From positions 1 through 64,000 of the forward strand of contig JALDZX010000049.1 of NCBI GenBank assembly GCA_022813865.1: 64,000 nucleotides of DNA, given 5' to 3'. The notes below the pieces were generated by a model. That model made no database searches. It was not told the DNA's origin and saw only the letters and a program-made list of their open reading frames with translations. This stretch comes from Xylographa opegraphella (Eukaryota). Below, piece after piece: positions 14,151 through 25,865 of the stretch. Position numbers and translations under genes: made by a program. Numbering within the stretch: position 1 is the stretch's first letter; every line of letters starts with the position of its first letter.

Positions 14151-14902
14151 GCCTCGAGTGGCAGAAATAACGAACTTGCAAAGATCTCTGTCGTTGTTCT
14201 GATATAGATGCTGGGCTTTTTGCAGCGCCAACCTGAACCAGTTGATGGCGTGTATTCGCCAACGGCTTGGGCAAGTACTTGCTAACACCAGTTTTCAGGT
14301 CGTCGGTTTGATGATGGAAATCAACATCGATAAGCAAAATTCTCCATGGAGTTGCCCCAAGGTGCCAGTCAATGGTTCGTACGTCAATCGTCTCGACCGT
14401 CCTCGTAGTAGTCACCGGGAGCCGTTCCACAGGATTCGTATCGATAATGTAACGGTCTTTGTGATGATTGCAAGGAAGGGCCAACGTGAGGTGGGACTGA
14501 TTGATGGCGTCGATCTTTATGCTCGGTGTATAATGGCAAAGGCTTTCCCCACTGTCTACGCGGATGTGACTGGTGTGAATCCAAATTCACAGCCGACCCA
14601 TATGATCAGGATCTAACATTGACTCTTTGGTCGAAGTCGGAGATAGGCGACAGCTCCACGAGGAGCGAACTGTTGGGCCGAGGGGATGTATGGATGATTG
14701 CTAGTATTGTTATTATTGAAGCTGCGACAATCCACGCGATGCTGCCTCTGGCCCCAGACCCAATTTCACAACAGTAATCCGCAAAGAGCCTAGCGCGAGC
14801 ATTAAGGTTAGGAAACGGGGTCACGGAAGCCGTTTGAAGGAACGCGCCGACAGGCTCGTGATGCCCCGTTGATTGGCCGACGCTCCGCACGCTCTGCACC
14901 AA

Positions 14903-14932
14903 TATCCACGTCTATCCACGTCTATCCACGTC
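14903..14932. repeat. Perfect (TATCCACGTC)x3 in the CDH1/aminopeptidase divergent intergenic region
   Basis: Three exact 10-bp copies. Confidence 0.9.
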
Positions 14933-15128
14933 GAGTCCAATGTTGCGGCTTACCTTCGTACCGGACGTGTTGCGCGCCCGATCAAAACAAAGTTCTGGCT
15001 CTTTACCTATAGCGGTGTGTACTCGTGGCTGAGTCGGACTGCATCGGATCTACGGCTAAGCTACGCCCAAGCTACACAGTACGCCCGGCTCCGCAAAGAG
15101 TGCCCCGAAACCTGTGCTCACATAGTCC

Positions 15129-16763
15129 ATGAAAAGTGCTACTTATTACTTCATACCTTCGAAGTCGTCGTTCTCAGTCGCGCGTCCTCCTTTCTCCGTC
15201 CAGTGCACCAGACTCGCGAACGGCAAATTCAATCATACGACTTTACCAGTAGTCACCCGTGTTTCCGTTCGTGCACTCGGTTCCTCAGCAAGATCGAAGA
15301 TGGAAACCTTTACCAAAACAGCTCATGACTTCCTGAGCTTCGTGAATGCCTCGCCCACGCCGTTCCACGCGGTAGAATCAGCCAAGAAACGCTTGGCAGC
15401 TGCTGGATTCAAGGAAATCAAAGAGCGTTACGACTGGACCTCGACATGTAAGCCAGGGGGGAAGTACTGGCTGACGCGGAACGGGTCAACAATACTCGCG
15501 TTTGCTATCGGTATGAAATGGAAGCCAGGGAATCCTATTGCGATGATTGGAGCTCACACCGATTCCCCTACTCTGCGCATCAAGCCGATCAGCAAGTCTC
15601 AAAGCGAAGGATATATGCAGGTTGGGGTGGAGACATATGGAGGAGGGCTTTGGCATAGTTGGTTCGATCGTGATCTCAGTGTAGCGGGTCGTGCTATGGT
15701 CAAGACCGATGATGGAAAATTCGTGCAGAAGCTTGTGAAGATTGACCGACCTATCCTCAGAATCCCGAACTTGGCTATACACCTTGACCGTCAGGACCCT
15801 TTCACCTTCAGCAAAGAGACCCAACTGCTGCCTATTGCTGGTTTGGTCGCTGAGGAATTGGAGAGACAAGGGCTTGATGCCGAGTCCAGAGATGAGGCCA
15901 GAGACGTGGAAGATTCGCAGGCGAGGTTCATGCCACTCAAAAAGCTGACTGAGCGGCATCACCTATATCTTGTTTCTTTAATCGCTTCGCATGCTCGTGT
16001 CAAGCCCGAGGAAGTCGTTGACTTCGAAATGATTCTTTATGACACCCAGAAAGCGTGCATTGGAGGACTACATGACGAGCTGATGTTCGGGCAGAGATTT
16101 GACAATCTCGGAATGTCGTTTTGCAGTACTATGGGGCTGATCAAGTCAGTAGAATCGCCGTCAGCTTTAGAAACTGAATCCTCCATCCGACTCATCTCAC
16201 TGTTCGACGATGAGGAAGTGGGAAGTATGACAGCCCAAGGAGCCTTTTCGAATTTTCTCCCTGCTATCGTCCGTCGACTTTCTCTCCTTCCGTCAGCTAG
16301 AAATGACGAATCCGAGATGTTCTCAACCGCGTACGAACAGACCGTTGCAACCTCATTCCTCATCTCAGCGGATATGGCTCACGCAGTAAATCCTAACTTC
16401 GCAGGGAAGTACGAAGCTCGCCATCGACCAGAGATGAATAAAGGGACAGTGATAAAGATCAATGCTCAAGCACGCTATACTACCAATGCTCCAGGTCTTG
16501 CTCTTATACAGGAGGTCGCACGCAGGCGTAGCGTTCCGTTGCAATTGTTTGTCGTTTCTAATGATTCGCCATGCGGAAGCACTATAGGACCAATGCTGGC
16601 TGCTGCCATGGGAACCAGGACACTGGACCTGGGCAACCCGCAGCTAGCCATGCATAGTATCCGGGAGACGGCCGGTACCCATGATGTGGAACATGCCATC
16701 AATTTGTTCGAGAGCTTCTTTGAACACTTCTCGGAGCTGGAAGCGAAAATTATGGTTGATTGA
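15129..16763 (+). CDS. APE4: Aspartyl aminopeptidase, M18 family (single exon; second possible start at 15300)
   Basis: ASPTPFHAV, GAHTDSP, ETYGGGLWHSWFDRDL, FDDEEVGS, SADMAHAVNPN, CGSTIGP, MHSIRE. Confidence 0.95.
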   Translation: MKSATYYFIPSKSSFSVARPPFSVQCTRLANGKFNHTTLPVVTRVSVRALGSSARSKMETFTKTAHDFLSFVNASPTPFHAVESAKKRLAAAGFKEIKERYDWTSTCKPGGKYWLTRNGSTILAFAIGMKWKPGNPIAMIGAHTDSPTLRIKPISKSQSEGYMQVGVETYGGGLWHSWFDRDLSVAGRAMVKTDDGKFVQKLVKIDRPILRIPNLAIHLDRQDPFTFSKETQLLPIAGLVAEELERQGLDAESRDEARDVEDSQARFMPLKKLTERHHLYLVSLIASHARVKPEEVVDFEMILYDTQKACIGGLHDELMFGQRFDNLGMSFCSTMGLIKSVESPSALETESSIRLISLFDDEEVGSMTAQGAFSNFLPAIVRRLSLLPSARNDESEMFSTAYEQTVATSFLISADMAHAVNPNFAGKYEARHRPEMNKGTVIKINAQARYTTNAPGLALIQEVARRRSVPLQLFVVSNDSPCGSTIGPMLAAAMGTRTLDLGNPQLAMHSIRETAGTHDVEHAINLFESFFEHFSELEAKIMVD

Positions 16764-16883
16764 ACTGAAGAAGTCTATGATGGTCTACGGCAGTGCCCGA
16801 GTCTCTACCTGTCGCTAAAATAGAATAACGAAGCTTTTTGCAATTACCAAATTCCGCTCATGCGAGAAATCCGCCCCTCTCTT

Positions 16884-18199
16884 TCATACAAGAAGATCTC
16901 CTAATTTGTCTACAAATGCCATTGGCTTCACAAGATCTTCTCCTTCTGCTTCCATATCCTCGCGCTTGCTCACTCCTGTCAATACAGCCAAGGTACCTCC
17001 TAGCCCACCCTCAATGCCAAACTTAATATCCGTATCTAGACGATCTCCGACCATACATGCCTTCTCCCTGCTGAATCTGAATTTCCCCTCAATCGCATCC
17101 ATCATCGCTTGACTCGGCTTTCCTAACGCTACCGGCTCTCTCCCGAGCATGCGGACTAGTGGAAACGAGATAGCTCCAGCACCGGGAAACAGCGCGTGTG
17201 AGCTTGGTAGCGTGCTATCGAGGTTCGTTGCAAGAAATACTGCTCCCCGTTGTACATAGTGGTACGCAAGGGACAACTTCAAATAATTGATATGGAAATC
17301 CAGACCTACGAGCACAACCCCTACGGAAGGATCCAGCGCCGACCCTGAGGCGATGGAGGCATAGTCTTCCGAGGTGATATCACGGCGGACGGAAGCGTCA
17401 GTACCACCGATGTGTCGGATGGATTCGGAGTCCAGTTCGGTTTCGATTCCGGTTTCACCGATGACAAAGACGGTACGCCGGTCTGGTGGGAGGGTGAGGA
17501 TGCGGGAAATGTAGATCGCAGCGCTGTAGGCGGATCCAAAGACTTCTTCCTATGTGAAAGGAATTATCAGTAAGATATTGTGCGAACAGAAAGTAAGAAG
17601 AATCTGGGGTATGAGCTTGAAGTTCATGGGCCAAAATGACACACCTCTTCGGCCGGGATGCCCATCGCTACAAGCTTCTTCTTATAGTCGGCCCGAGACT
17701 TGGTGCTGTTGTTTGTGACAAAGACGATTTGCTTGCCTGTGTTACTAATGTTCAGTTGAGAAACCTTTAAGTTCATAATAGAGATCTTCGCCCACGACGT
17801 ACCTTTGCTCCTCAGTAGTTCTAATGTTTGTACAGTCCCTTCGAAAAGATGGTCTCCAGACCATAAAACCCCTACGTAGATGAAGTTTTCTCAGCCGTAC
17901 TCAATGGACAAAGATAGATCTTTAACCATATCCAACAATTGTACTGGATTTGAAAGGCGTGGAAGCAAGGAGCAAGGAGCAAAGAGCAAGGAGTAAGGAG
18001 CAGAGAGCACGGAGGAGACAAACCATCGCAATCAAACAAAAAGACCTATCGATTCACCACATCATTATGGGTCTCTAAGTGCGCGTCTCCTGGAGACCTG
18101 AAACTAAGCTCAAGACATATGGATCTGCCTTACATCATATCTATCAATAAACTCCTTAATCGCCGCCTGATTGCCCGTTAGGTATTTTGGCTGAGGCAT
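16884..18199 (-). CDS. PHO13: 4-nitrophenylphosphatase / phosphoglycolate phosphatase (HAD IIA), 5 exons
   Basis: Spliced [75 protein letters not shown]. Confidence 0.93.
17962..18014. repeat. Degenerate 7-bp minisatellite (GAGCAAG)n inside a PHO13 intron
   Basis: gaagcaagg agcaagg agcaaag agcaagg agtaagg agcagag agcacgg. Confidence 0.8.
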
Positions 18200-18495
18200 G
18201 CTTGAAAAGCTAGTCAAGATCGCAATTTCGGATGAGTACCCAACTTTGGGTATTTTGGAAGCTTTATAAAGTCCTCCTCATCAGCTGAATAATATTACTG
18301 TACTCTACCTTCACAGAAGAAATTATGTTTATGTTTGCACTGTTTGTAAATGTTGTCATCTTATCGATTAGGGCTAAAGGCGTGGCCAATGTCTCATTGA
18401 TCGCAAAGTACAGGCTGCATTTCACGTTCAGCGCTCGAGCCTCAATCAAATCCCGAATGTTATTGGAGTACAGCAGTGATTGGTTCCATTATCAA

Positions 18496-20059
18496 CTATA
18501 ATACAAGCCTTCCTGGATTCACTTGGAGTACGGTCTTGACCCTATCTAAGAATATCTTTGCCCGTTGTTCTTCACCCTTAGACGCAGACACGCTAAAGAC
18601 ATTGACGGCAGACCCTGCAGTCGATCCGGTCAAGGACTTTGAGTGTGGAGCGCTAGAATTCTGCCTCGAGCCCAACGAATGCTGTCCTGTGAGTATGTCT
18701 ATTATATCTGGCTTCTTAGTAGGGCCTTTGCGGATCGGCAGTCCTACGGATGGCAAAGCCACAATCTGAGGAGTAAACCTCCCTTGACACAACCCCAGAT
18801 TTGCATGATCAAGCCCTAGGACTTGGTTAAAAAGCTGGTCGGCGGTAGGCTGGGATAATTTGGAACGCGGCAGGTCCATATTTGAGACCTCGATAGCGCG
18901 TGCAACAAAATTTTCTACGGGAATGTCAATTCCAAGGACATTGCGTATCCTCTCTTGAGCCTCTTTAACAGCTTTCATAGAAACCGACACCGCAATCTCG
19001 GTGTCCACGTCAAGTTCTGGGGCAAGGTTTGCCATTACTAGGGGTGGAGAAGGAGCAGCCTTCGGTGGAGTCGCAATCTTGATACTGCTTAGATCAAGGT
19101 GTTCAAGTCTTGATATACGGGCCGATTCCTCTGATGGATAGGAAGCGCTGATTGTGCCAAGATAGGCCAGAACATCTCCCTTCAGGAGGCGACCTTTCGG
19201 TCCACTAGCCGAAATTTTGTCTGCTTCAGCTGCGGGAATACCATTCTCGTGAAGTATCTGAGCCACAGAGGGATATAGAGGATATTTTTGATTTTTTGCG
19301 TTTACGGGAGACTGCTCGCGAGAAAATGATTGACTTTCGGGTGTTTGAGAAGTATTTACGGACTTGGACGACTGTGGCACTTCTGCTTGTGATTCAGAAG
19401 ATTTCGCTGGGTCGTTTCCAGATTTTGTTTCTTCTTGTGATGACATGGGTGCCGGTGAGGATTGCGTATGTTCAGGAGCGGAAGGTGAAGTATCCTCTGG
19501 TATAGAGATGGCACTAAGGTCGTCCTCGGGTTCTGCCAATACAGCAATCCTCATACCCACCTTCACGCCCTTTGCGCCATCAAATTGCTGGTTGATGACT
19601 CGCGTTAGTGATTCATCGGACTTCTTTGTTGTACACAATGTCCTTACTGTAATCTTTGCCACGATACCGTCGTCCTGCGCTTCAACGTCCATCTGTGGCT
19701 TGTCCGTCTCAATCTCGAGTAAAACATCTCCGGCTGAGAATGAATCGCCTTTCCGGTAAAGAGTTACCATTGAGAGCTGAGTCGTGAGCATACAAGGGCA
19801 CTAACCCTCCTTGACTTTCCATCTTGCGATATTTCCCTCCGTCATGGTTGGAGACATTGCGGGCATGCTAAAGCTTTGCGCTGCGAGTATTCTGGGGCGA
19901 GTATGGAATGCTAGAAAGAGACACTGCTGTTAGCTATAGATACTATTAAACAATAAATATACACGAAAGCCTTTCCGAACCTTTGGAAGCTCCGTTGCGC
20001 CGAACATGTTTGTTTGACAATCGCACAACTTCTTTAGCTGTAAACCTAATGGAGGGCAT
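18496..20059 (-). CDS. PDX1: Pyruvate dehydrogenase complex protein X (E3-binding protein), mitochondrial, 4 exons
   Basis: Basic presequence MPSIRFTAKEVVRLSNKHVRR. Lipoyl domain MPAMSPTMTEGNIARWKVKEG..LEIETDK. E3-binding motif ISASGPKGRLLKGDVL. No E2 catalytic DHR motif. Confidence 0.9.
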
Positions 20060-20330
20060 GGCCGATCGGAATCAAGACAGGTGCCAAAAGTGGTAGCTTT
20101 ATGGCACGTACGGCGACAGCCGACGGATGCGAACAGAATGGTTCTCGGAATCCCAGTAGAGCTGAACTGAGGCTGATGCATTCAAAGACTGAATTAACGT
20201 AGCTAAGGTAGGGAGGTACCTTCGTATATGGTTAGGGCTTAGCGTCTCGAATTGGCCGCAGAAAGTTGTTGACTTGGCACCAGGCGTTCTGCTCTCGATA
20301 GCTGCAAACTTTGAAGGAATCCGAGCACTC

Positions 20331-21327
20331 ATGGCAGGCCTATGCCGGAATACTTTCATTGGCAAGCTGTCTGTTCGTCATGAGACCACTTCAATCCACT
20401 TCTGTCAACTTCGCTTGGTCTCTAGGAAAATACCCACCGCAATATGTCCCCAATGGAGGCGCTTGGCTTTGTCTGCAAGCCAGCCAGCTTTCAAGAACTC
20501 TGCTGTAATTCCGAGACATGTCAACACCAAGTCAAAAGCCTACTTAAAGGTACCGAAGGCAACATCTGTCGCTCGATCTACCTACCAGTCCTATGCAGAC
20601 TCCCTTGCCAGTCGTGCCTCTCCAACCCTTCTCTACGAAGCCCCATCACCCAACTTGTACATTACTGGATGCTATGTTCTAGGCGCAGCATGCTTCGCCT
20701 ACGCTGGTACTAATTTCTATAACACCTATCTCAACCCACCAGAGGACCTTAGTGCTTGGATACCGGTCATGGTAGGTGGTGTTTGTATTGCTGTAGGCCT
20801 CTTTGGGGTGTGGGCAATTTTGGGTGTAGGTTAATTGCAATCCACGGATGCCTCGATCCTGACAGTGTTGATAGGCCTACCGTATCGTAAGAACGATAAC
20901 TGCTCTTCCCCGGGGGTCGAACACTACGCGACAGCCACTCCTACTAAGGATCGATAGTGCAGAGATGCTCCCAGGAATTCGACCAAAATCTGTTGTGGTT
21001 CCATATCAGGATGTCATTCTGTCTGAATTTATCTACACGGCTCCAACAAAGTCGTCTCCTGCTGAGTTGGTGGCAGCTCACAGGGAAGAAGACCGCTGGC
21101 GGGAGATAGCAAAGAACAACATTATGACCTTGCCATTCCGCCAAGCTAGCTACTGGATGTGGAAAGGTTTCATGCTCATTAAAAATGTTATTTGGAAAGA
21201 CGATTTCATTCTTGTACAAGTAATAGGCAAGAACGGGACATTCAAGTTCGACCGCAATTCAGCATGGGCTCTGGATGACGGCCGAGCCCTGGATCGACTG
21301 GTGAAACATAGGTTGGAAGATGACTGA
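20331..21327 (+). CDS. Putative mitochondrial membrane protein with two TM helices (possibly TMEM70/186/223-like); intron ~20826-20874
   Basis: Basic presequence-like N-terminus, PTLLYEAP followed by two hydrophobic segments, and a GTAGGT..CTGAC..TAG intron joining two ORFs. Confidence 0.7.
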
Positions 21328-21904
21328 GACAATCCGCAGTGGAGCAAGCCCGTCATTAGCAATGTTCTCTGGTCTGCGCTGATCACATTCCTATCTCTCC
21401 CCAGTGCCTGTACCTTTGCAACGAGCATAGACTTCGATCTTTGGTTGACCTTCGTTAAACACCAGGCTTGCAAGTCCCTGGAAGTGGCGTAGATCACATT
21501 ATTTGCCGTGAGCTCCGTGTACATGTATGTACACTTTTTACACTCTCGCTAGTGCTTCTACCAGTATGAAAATGGGAAGCTTTGTATGTTTCGAGCTGTT
21601 TTGTTCTGCTATAATCAGCACTTGATTCATTAAGTCAACATCTGCTAGGAAAGTATGTGAAATAGAAGTTTTCTCGGCGCTGGGCAAAACTTCGTTTCAT
21701 AGAAGGCCAAACTAAGCCATTGAGAAAGGACAACACACCACCCCGTGAGTCAAATGCGATCCGGAGTAAGTGAATGACTAAGAGCTTGGGAAGCTCACTT
21801 CCTGCTCATCTTCCTGATATAATGCTTCACTCCACAGCCCCACGGCAAACGGGTGCTCATCACTTTTGCATACATCAATATTCTTTTACTTTCACGACCC
21901 AAAG

Positions 21905-22898
21905 ATGTCAGTTCCTACGGTACAGAGATATGGAGAGCCCGACTGGGAAATACGACCAACAGACAGTTTCCCTGGAATCTTTCGCGAGCCAGCATGTTCA
22001 CGGTTGAGCTATGAGGAGCTCAGGCTTCAGTATTGTCACAGCATGTACGTAAAGTGAGGCATTTGTATCTTGCATTGACAATACTAACAATTCAAGACAA
22101 CCAACACGGGTAATATCTTTGCCAGTCGATCAGATCTCGTTATTTGGCTCCGGTTCATCCGCTAGGCTGTAGATAATGCCCACCAGTTCACCAGTTGATC
22201 ATGAAGGTTCAATGCTAACGCTAGTCACCAGAGTTTCGGGTCCTGACTCAACGGTCACAATCATAGTCGGCCAACCGAGCGATCAGTCAACGTGGCATAT
22301 TCATCGCAACCTTCTCGTCGCCAGATCACAATTTTTCAAGCTCACTCTTTCCGGGATTTTCGAGGAATCCAAAACAAACACTGTCCACCTTATTGAAGAG
22401 GAGATCGAGATCTTCTCCCTCGTTGTGCTATGGCTATACTCTACCTTGAGCAACCGAACCGGCTGCCTGCTTTCTACAGAATTGAACCACTCCGACACTC
22501 TCACGCTGATCAAGATGTACTGCGTCGCAGACAAGCTGAAAATTGATAGCTTAAAGAGCTGTGTTTTCTCACGCCTCCATATGTTACATCCATTTTGGGT
22601 AAACTTCACGCCTGAATGCGTTGATTACGCATGGCAGCGTTCAGTAGCTGGCGATGCACTGATTGAACTGTTGTTGGACGGTGTGGCCTATAGGGTGGGG
22701 AGGTCCCTCATCAAGCTCAAGCCTACGCTTTTCGCCGTTGATACAGATCGCGCCATCACAAGTCAATGGAGGGATCTTTTTGATTGTGGAGGCGAAATAG
22801 TCGTGGAAGTCGTAGATCGCATAGCCGCGCGTTCTGAGACGCATCAGCTGCCGCCCGTGGCTTTCTATCTCATGTCCTCCAAACTTAGCTCTATCTAG
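21905..22898 (+). CDS. BTB/POZ domain protein, ~3 exons, with GLEBS-like N-terminal peptide
   Basis: VTIIVG..WHIHRNLLVARSQFFKLTLSGIFEESKTNTVHLIEE..FSLVVLWLYS..LIKMYCVADKL is a typical fungal BTB signature. Upstream exons join in frame via introns ~22045-22097 and ~22169-22230. Confidence 0.8.
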
Positions 22899-24410
22899 CG
22901 ATTCCAGAGCACCCTCTCGGAACTCGAAATACAGAGTTTTGATTGGAATCCTTTTGTCGATGACTACCTTATGCAAGATTTTCTGTAAAGGCGCGACCGA
23001 ATATGATGATGACCTAGAATGCGAGGAAATTTTGGAAGATGGTGAAGGCTTAACTGGCAGGCTAATGGTGTTGGTAGTAACTACATCGGCCAAAGAGGAA
23101 CCAACACCAGACCAGAACTCACCCTATTTATATTATCTGAAAATTAAAGTCTTCATATTTGACAGACATCTTAGCATCGCTTCTGCATTTCGAAAGTGTA
23201 CGCTGTGAATTATAAGGTAGTCCCCAAAAAGGGATCCGGGTGGTTGTTTCATGAAACCTTTAACAGTCTGCCATATTGCATCTCTCTGACAAAACTCGCT
23301 CAAATCGACCTCTACGACGGTATCCATGTGGTCCACTAGATTGAATAACACAATGCAGAGTGCTTCGAGTAACCTGGCTGGCGTTGACCTTTTCTATATC
23401 ATGTAGTAATTTGGGCCCAAGCCCAGTCAAGGTAGTGGTTGGCGAGAAACCTATCCTACAGGACCCTACTGTTGTTAATCGAACGTTCTCGTTTCTCAAA
23501 AGCGCACTCTTTGGCGGACTCACGAGTCTATCATATCAATGGCTCAATTGATGAAAAAGTAGAATCGTTCGGTCGCCATCTTTGTACATTGGCTGTACAC
23601 AGTACTCGACACTATTCCCAGTTGAGTCACGTGTCCAGCAGGTTCTAGATGATCAGAGGAGGTTCTGATACCTTGGTCTTAGCAGACTATATGCTGCAGG
23701 GTTGTTGAATGATGACCTGAAAAGTACAATGTTCAGGATCATACACCTGAAACCACAGATGAGCAAGATTTTATACTTAGCGCCACTGGTCGGTCGAAGT
23801 GCAAGCCCAACGAAAACTTCCTCTTGCCTAACTATTGCTTGACCAAGTGAGGTTCTCTATCGCCAGCACACATGTCAAGCTGGCTAACTCAGAATATGTA
23901 GCCGAGGCAGATCGCAAGCTGGCGCAAAAATGGAATTGTACTCTCTCCGGTTCTACCTTGGAGTTTTCAAAGGCGTGTCCAAGGGGCCAAAGACCGGTTC
24001 CAAGCAAATGCCAATGCCTGGGTGAGGAAGCCTTCAAGTACAGTCAACTTTCAGTTCAGAGTCTGTCTGCCATAACCTTGAAGGGAAGGAAGTTTCATAG
24101 AGGAGGAAAGCTACGAATGAAAAGCATATGTCAGCTCACAATGCTCATAGATATCCCAAATTATGAATAAACTCCATCAATTCCAAATATCGCCACCCAC
24201 ATCCTATCCTACCCTGACACTCAAATCCAAACCTTTAACTCATTTTTCATAACTCCGTTACCCATCCATCTTCATTTCTATCTATAACCATCGAAATATA
24301 GACAACATACTCCAAGACCCTCATATTATCAACCATCTAACGTCACGATCAGAAATCCGATAATCGCTCGAGTCCAGTAGCCTCCTGCTTCCATTACATG
24401 GAGCCCGAAC

Positions 24411-25865
24411 TCATCTCGACCTGCGATTGGCATCCTGTCCCCATATGAGATTTCCTAGTCCGAGATTGAGAACTCTCCACTCAGGCCGTACCACAGGCGC
24501 GGGAAGAAGCTTTACGGGTCGAGGTCCAGGCCGCCCACTCGGCCCTCCAATGGGATTGTAGACTCTCTGCGGTGGCGTATACACGTGCGTCACACGTGAG
24601 TTTAGCAGACGCGGATTATATTCGTCCCAGATCTCAGTAGTTGACGAGCGGGATGGCATGTGACCAATGTGGGTCCCATTGGCCCTGACCCGCCGCGAAG
24701 CTGCCGGTATAGGCTCCGACCCTTGAAGGAGCGCCATGAGCGCTGACCGTCGACTGGGCACCGGAGGATCTCTTTGATACGCGGCGGGTGTTTTTGGTGT
24801 GCTTGGAGGTGTCAGTACCTGTGGTGCTGGAACACGTTGAGAGGTCGATGAAGGGCTGCTCCTCGCTACCGAACTGGGCGGAGTATACTCTGAAGAACGA
24901 GCCGAAATCGGCTGATGCTGGAAAGTTGATGGACCGCTGCCTCCCACAGCGGAGCTAGGTGGAGGGGGTCCTGAAGTATAGGTCTGCGTGCGATAGGACT
25001 GCGACGTCGATGGAACATCACCTCCTACAGCCAAGTAGGATGGAAAATGTTCTGGAGGGTAAGAGAGTGTGTGCTGGAAGGTCGACGTGACGTTGTCTCC
25101 CACAGCGGAGCTAGGTGGAGGAAGTCCCGAAGTGTAGGTCGTTGTGCTCTGGTACCGCGACGTCGATGAGACGTCGCCTTCCATAATGGAGTTTGGTCGA
25201 GAATATTCTGGAGCGTGAGGGGGTGTGTGTTGGGATGTCGACGGGACGTTGTTTTCCACAGCAAAGCTAGGTGGAGGGAGTCCCGAAGTGTAGGTCGGCG
25301 TATGCTGGTACTGCAACTCCGATGAGAGCACATGACCACCCATATTTGAGTGCGCTGGAGCATGTTTTGGAGGATGAGAGAATATGTGCTGGGAGGTCGA
25401 CGGGACGTTGTTTTCCACAGCAGAGTTGGGTCGAGAAAACCTCAGAGGGTAGGCGAGGGCGCTGTTTCCCGTAGCCGATGAGACCCTACCTCCCACAGTG
25501 GAGTTGGGTGTGAAAAGCCCAGGAGGACGAGCGGGCGTGTCCTGGGACTGTTGTGGCTGGACACCCATTGAGGCATGTTGAAAAGGTAGCTGGTGGTACG
25601 GCGGAGCATGGGTTGTCGGCCGCGGCGCCATCATCCTCTGCGGATGCGTCGTTCTGCGAAGCTGCTTGTATTCCTCGATCGCTTGCTGGACGATGGTCCG
25701 CATCATCGGCAGTGGGAGATTACCAGCTGCTGTCTGCTGCAGCTGGGCGAGGGCCATAGTCTCCAGCTTCTTCATGCCGGTGGTACCATTGAAGGAGCAA
25801 ATATACTGGAAAACCAGCTGCTGGAAAGCCTGTGTAGGCGGCATCTGACTGTAATTAGGATTCAT
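24411..25865 (-). CDS. Orphan Pro/Ser/Thr/Gln-rich protein with internal tandem repeats
   Basis: Uninterrupted ~484-codon ORF from ATG (MNPNYSQMPP); the internal repeats keep the reading frame. Confidence 0.65.
   Translation of the reverse strand: MNPNYSQMPPTQAFQQLVFQYICSFNGTTGMKKLETMALAQLQQTAAGNLPLPMMRTIVQQAIEEYKQLRRTTHPQRMMAPRPTTHAPPYHQLPFQHASMGVQPQQSQDTPARPPGLFTPNSTVGGRVSSATGNSALAYPLRFSRPNSAVENNVPSTSQHIFSHPPKHAPAHSNMGGHVLSSELQYQHTPTYTSGLPPPSFAVENNVPSTSQHTPPHAPEYSRPNSIMEGDVSSTSRYQSTTTYTSGLPPPSSAVGDNVTSTFQHTLSYPPEHFPSYLAVGGDVPSTSQSYRTQTYTSGPPPPSSAVGGSGPSTFQHQPISARSSEYTPPSSVARSSPSSTSQRVPAPQVLTPPSTPKTPAAYQRDPPVPSRRSALMALLQGSEPIPAASRRVRANGTHIGHMPSRSSTTEIWDEYNPRLLNSRVTHVYTPPQRVYNPIGGPSGRPGPRPVKLLPAPVVRPEWRVLNLGLGNLIWGQDANRRSR
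24860..25510 (-). repeat. Coding higher-order repeat: 156-bp period made of two ~75-81-bp subunits
   Basis: taggtc anchors at 24979, 25135 and 25291 are exactly 156 bp apart. Peptide TYTSG(L/P)PPPS occurs three times. Confidence 0.9.

Noticed and set aside
14011..14902. Overlapping ORFs upstream of CDH1
   Set aside because: No recognisable motifs; more likely a long 5' leader/promoter
16761..16890. Stop-codon readthrough to a peroxisomal signal in APE4 or PHO13
   Set aside because: No TGA-CTA context and the extensions do not end in an SKL-like tripeptide
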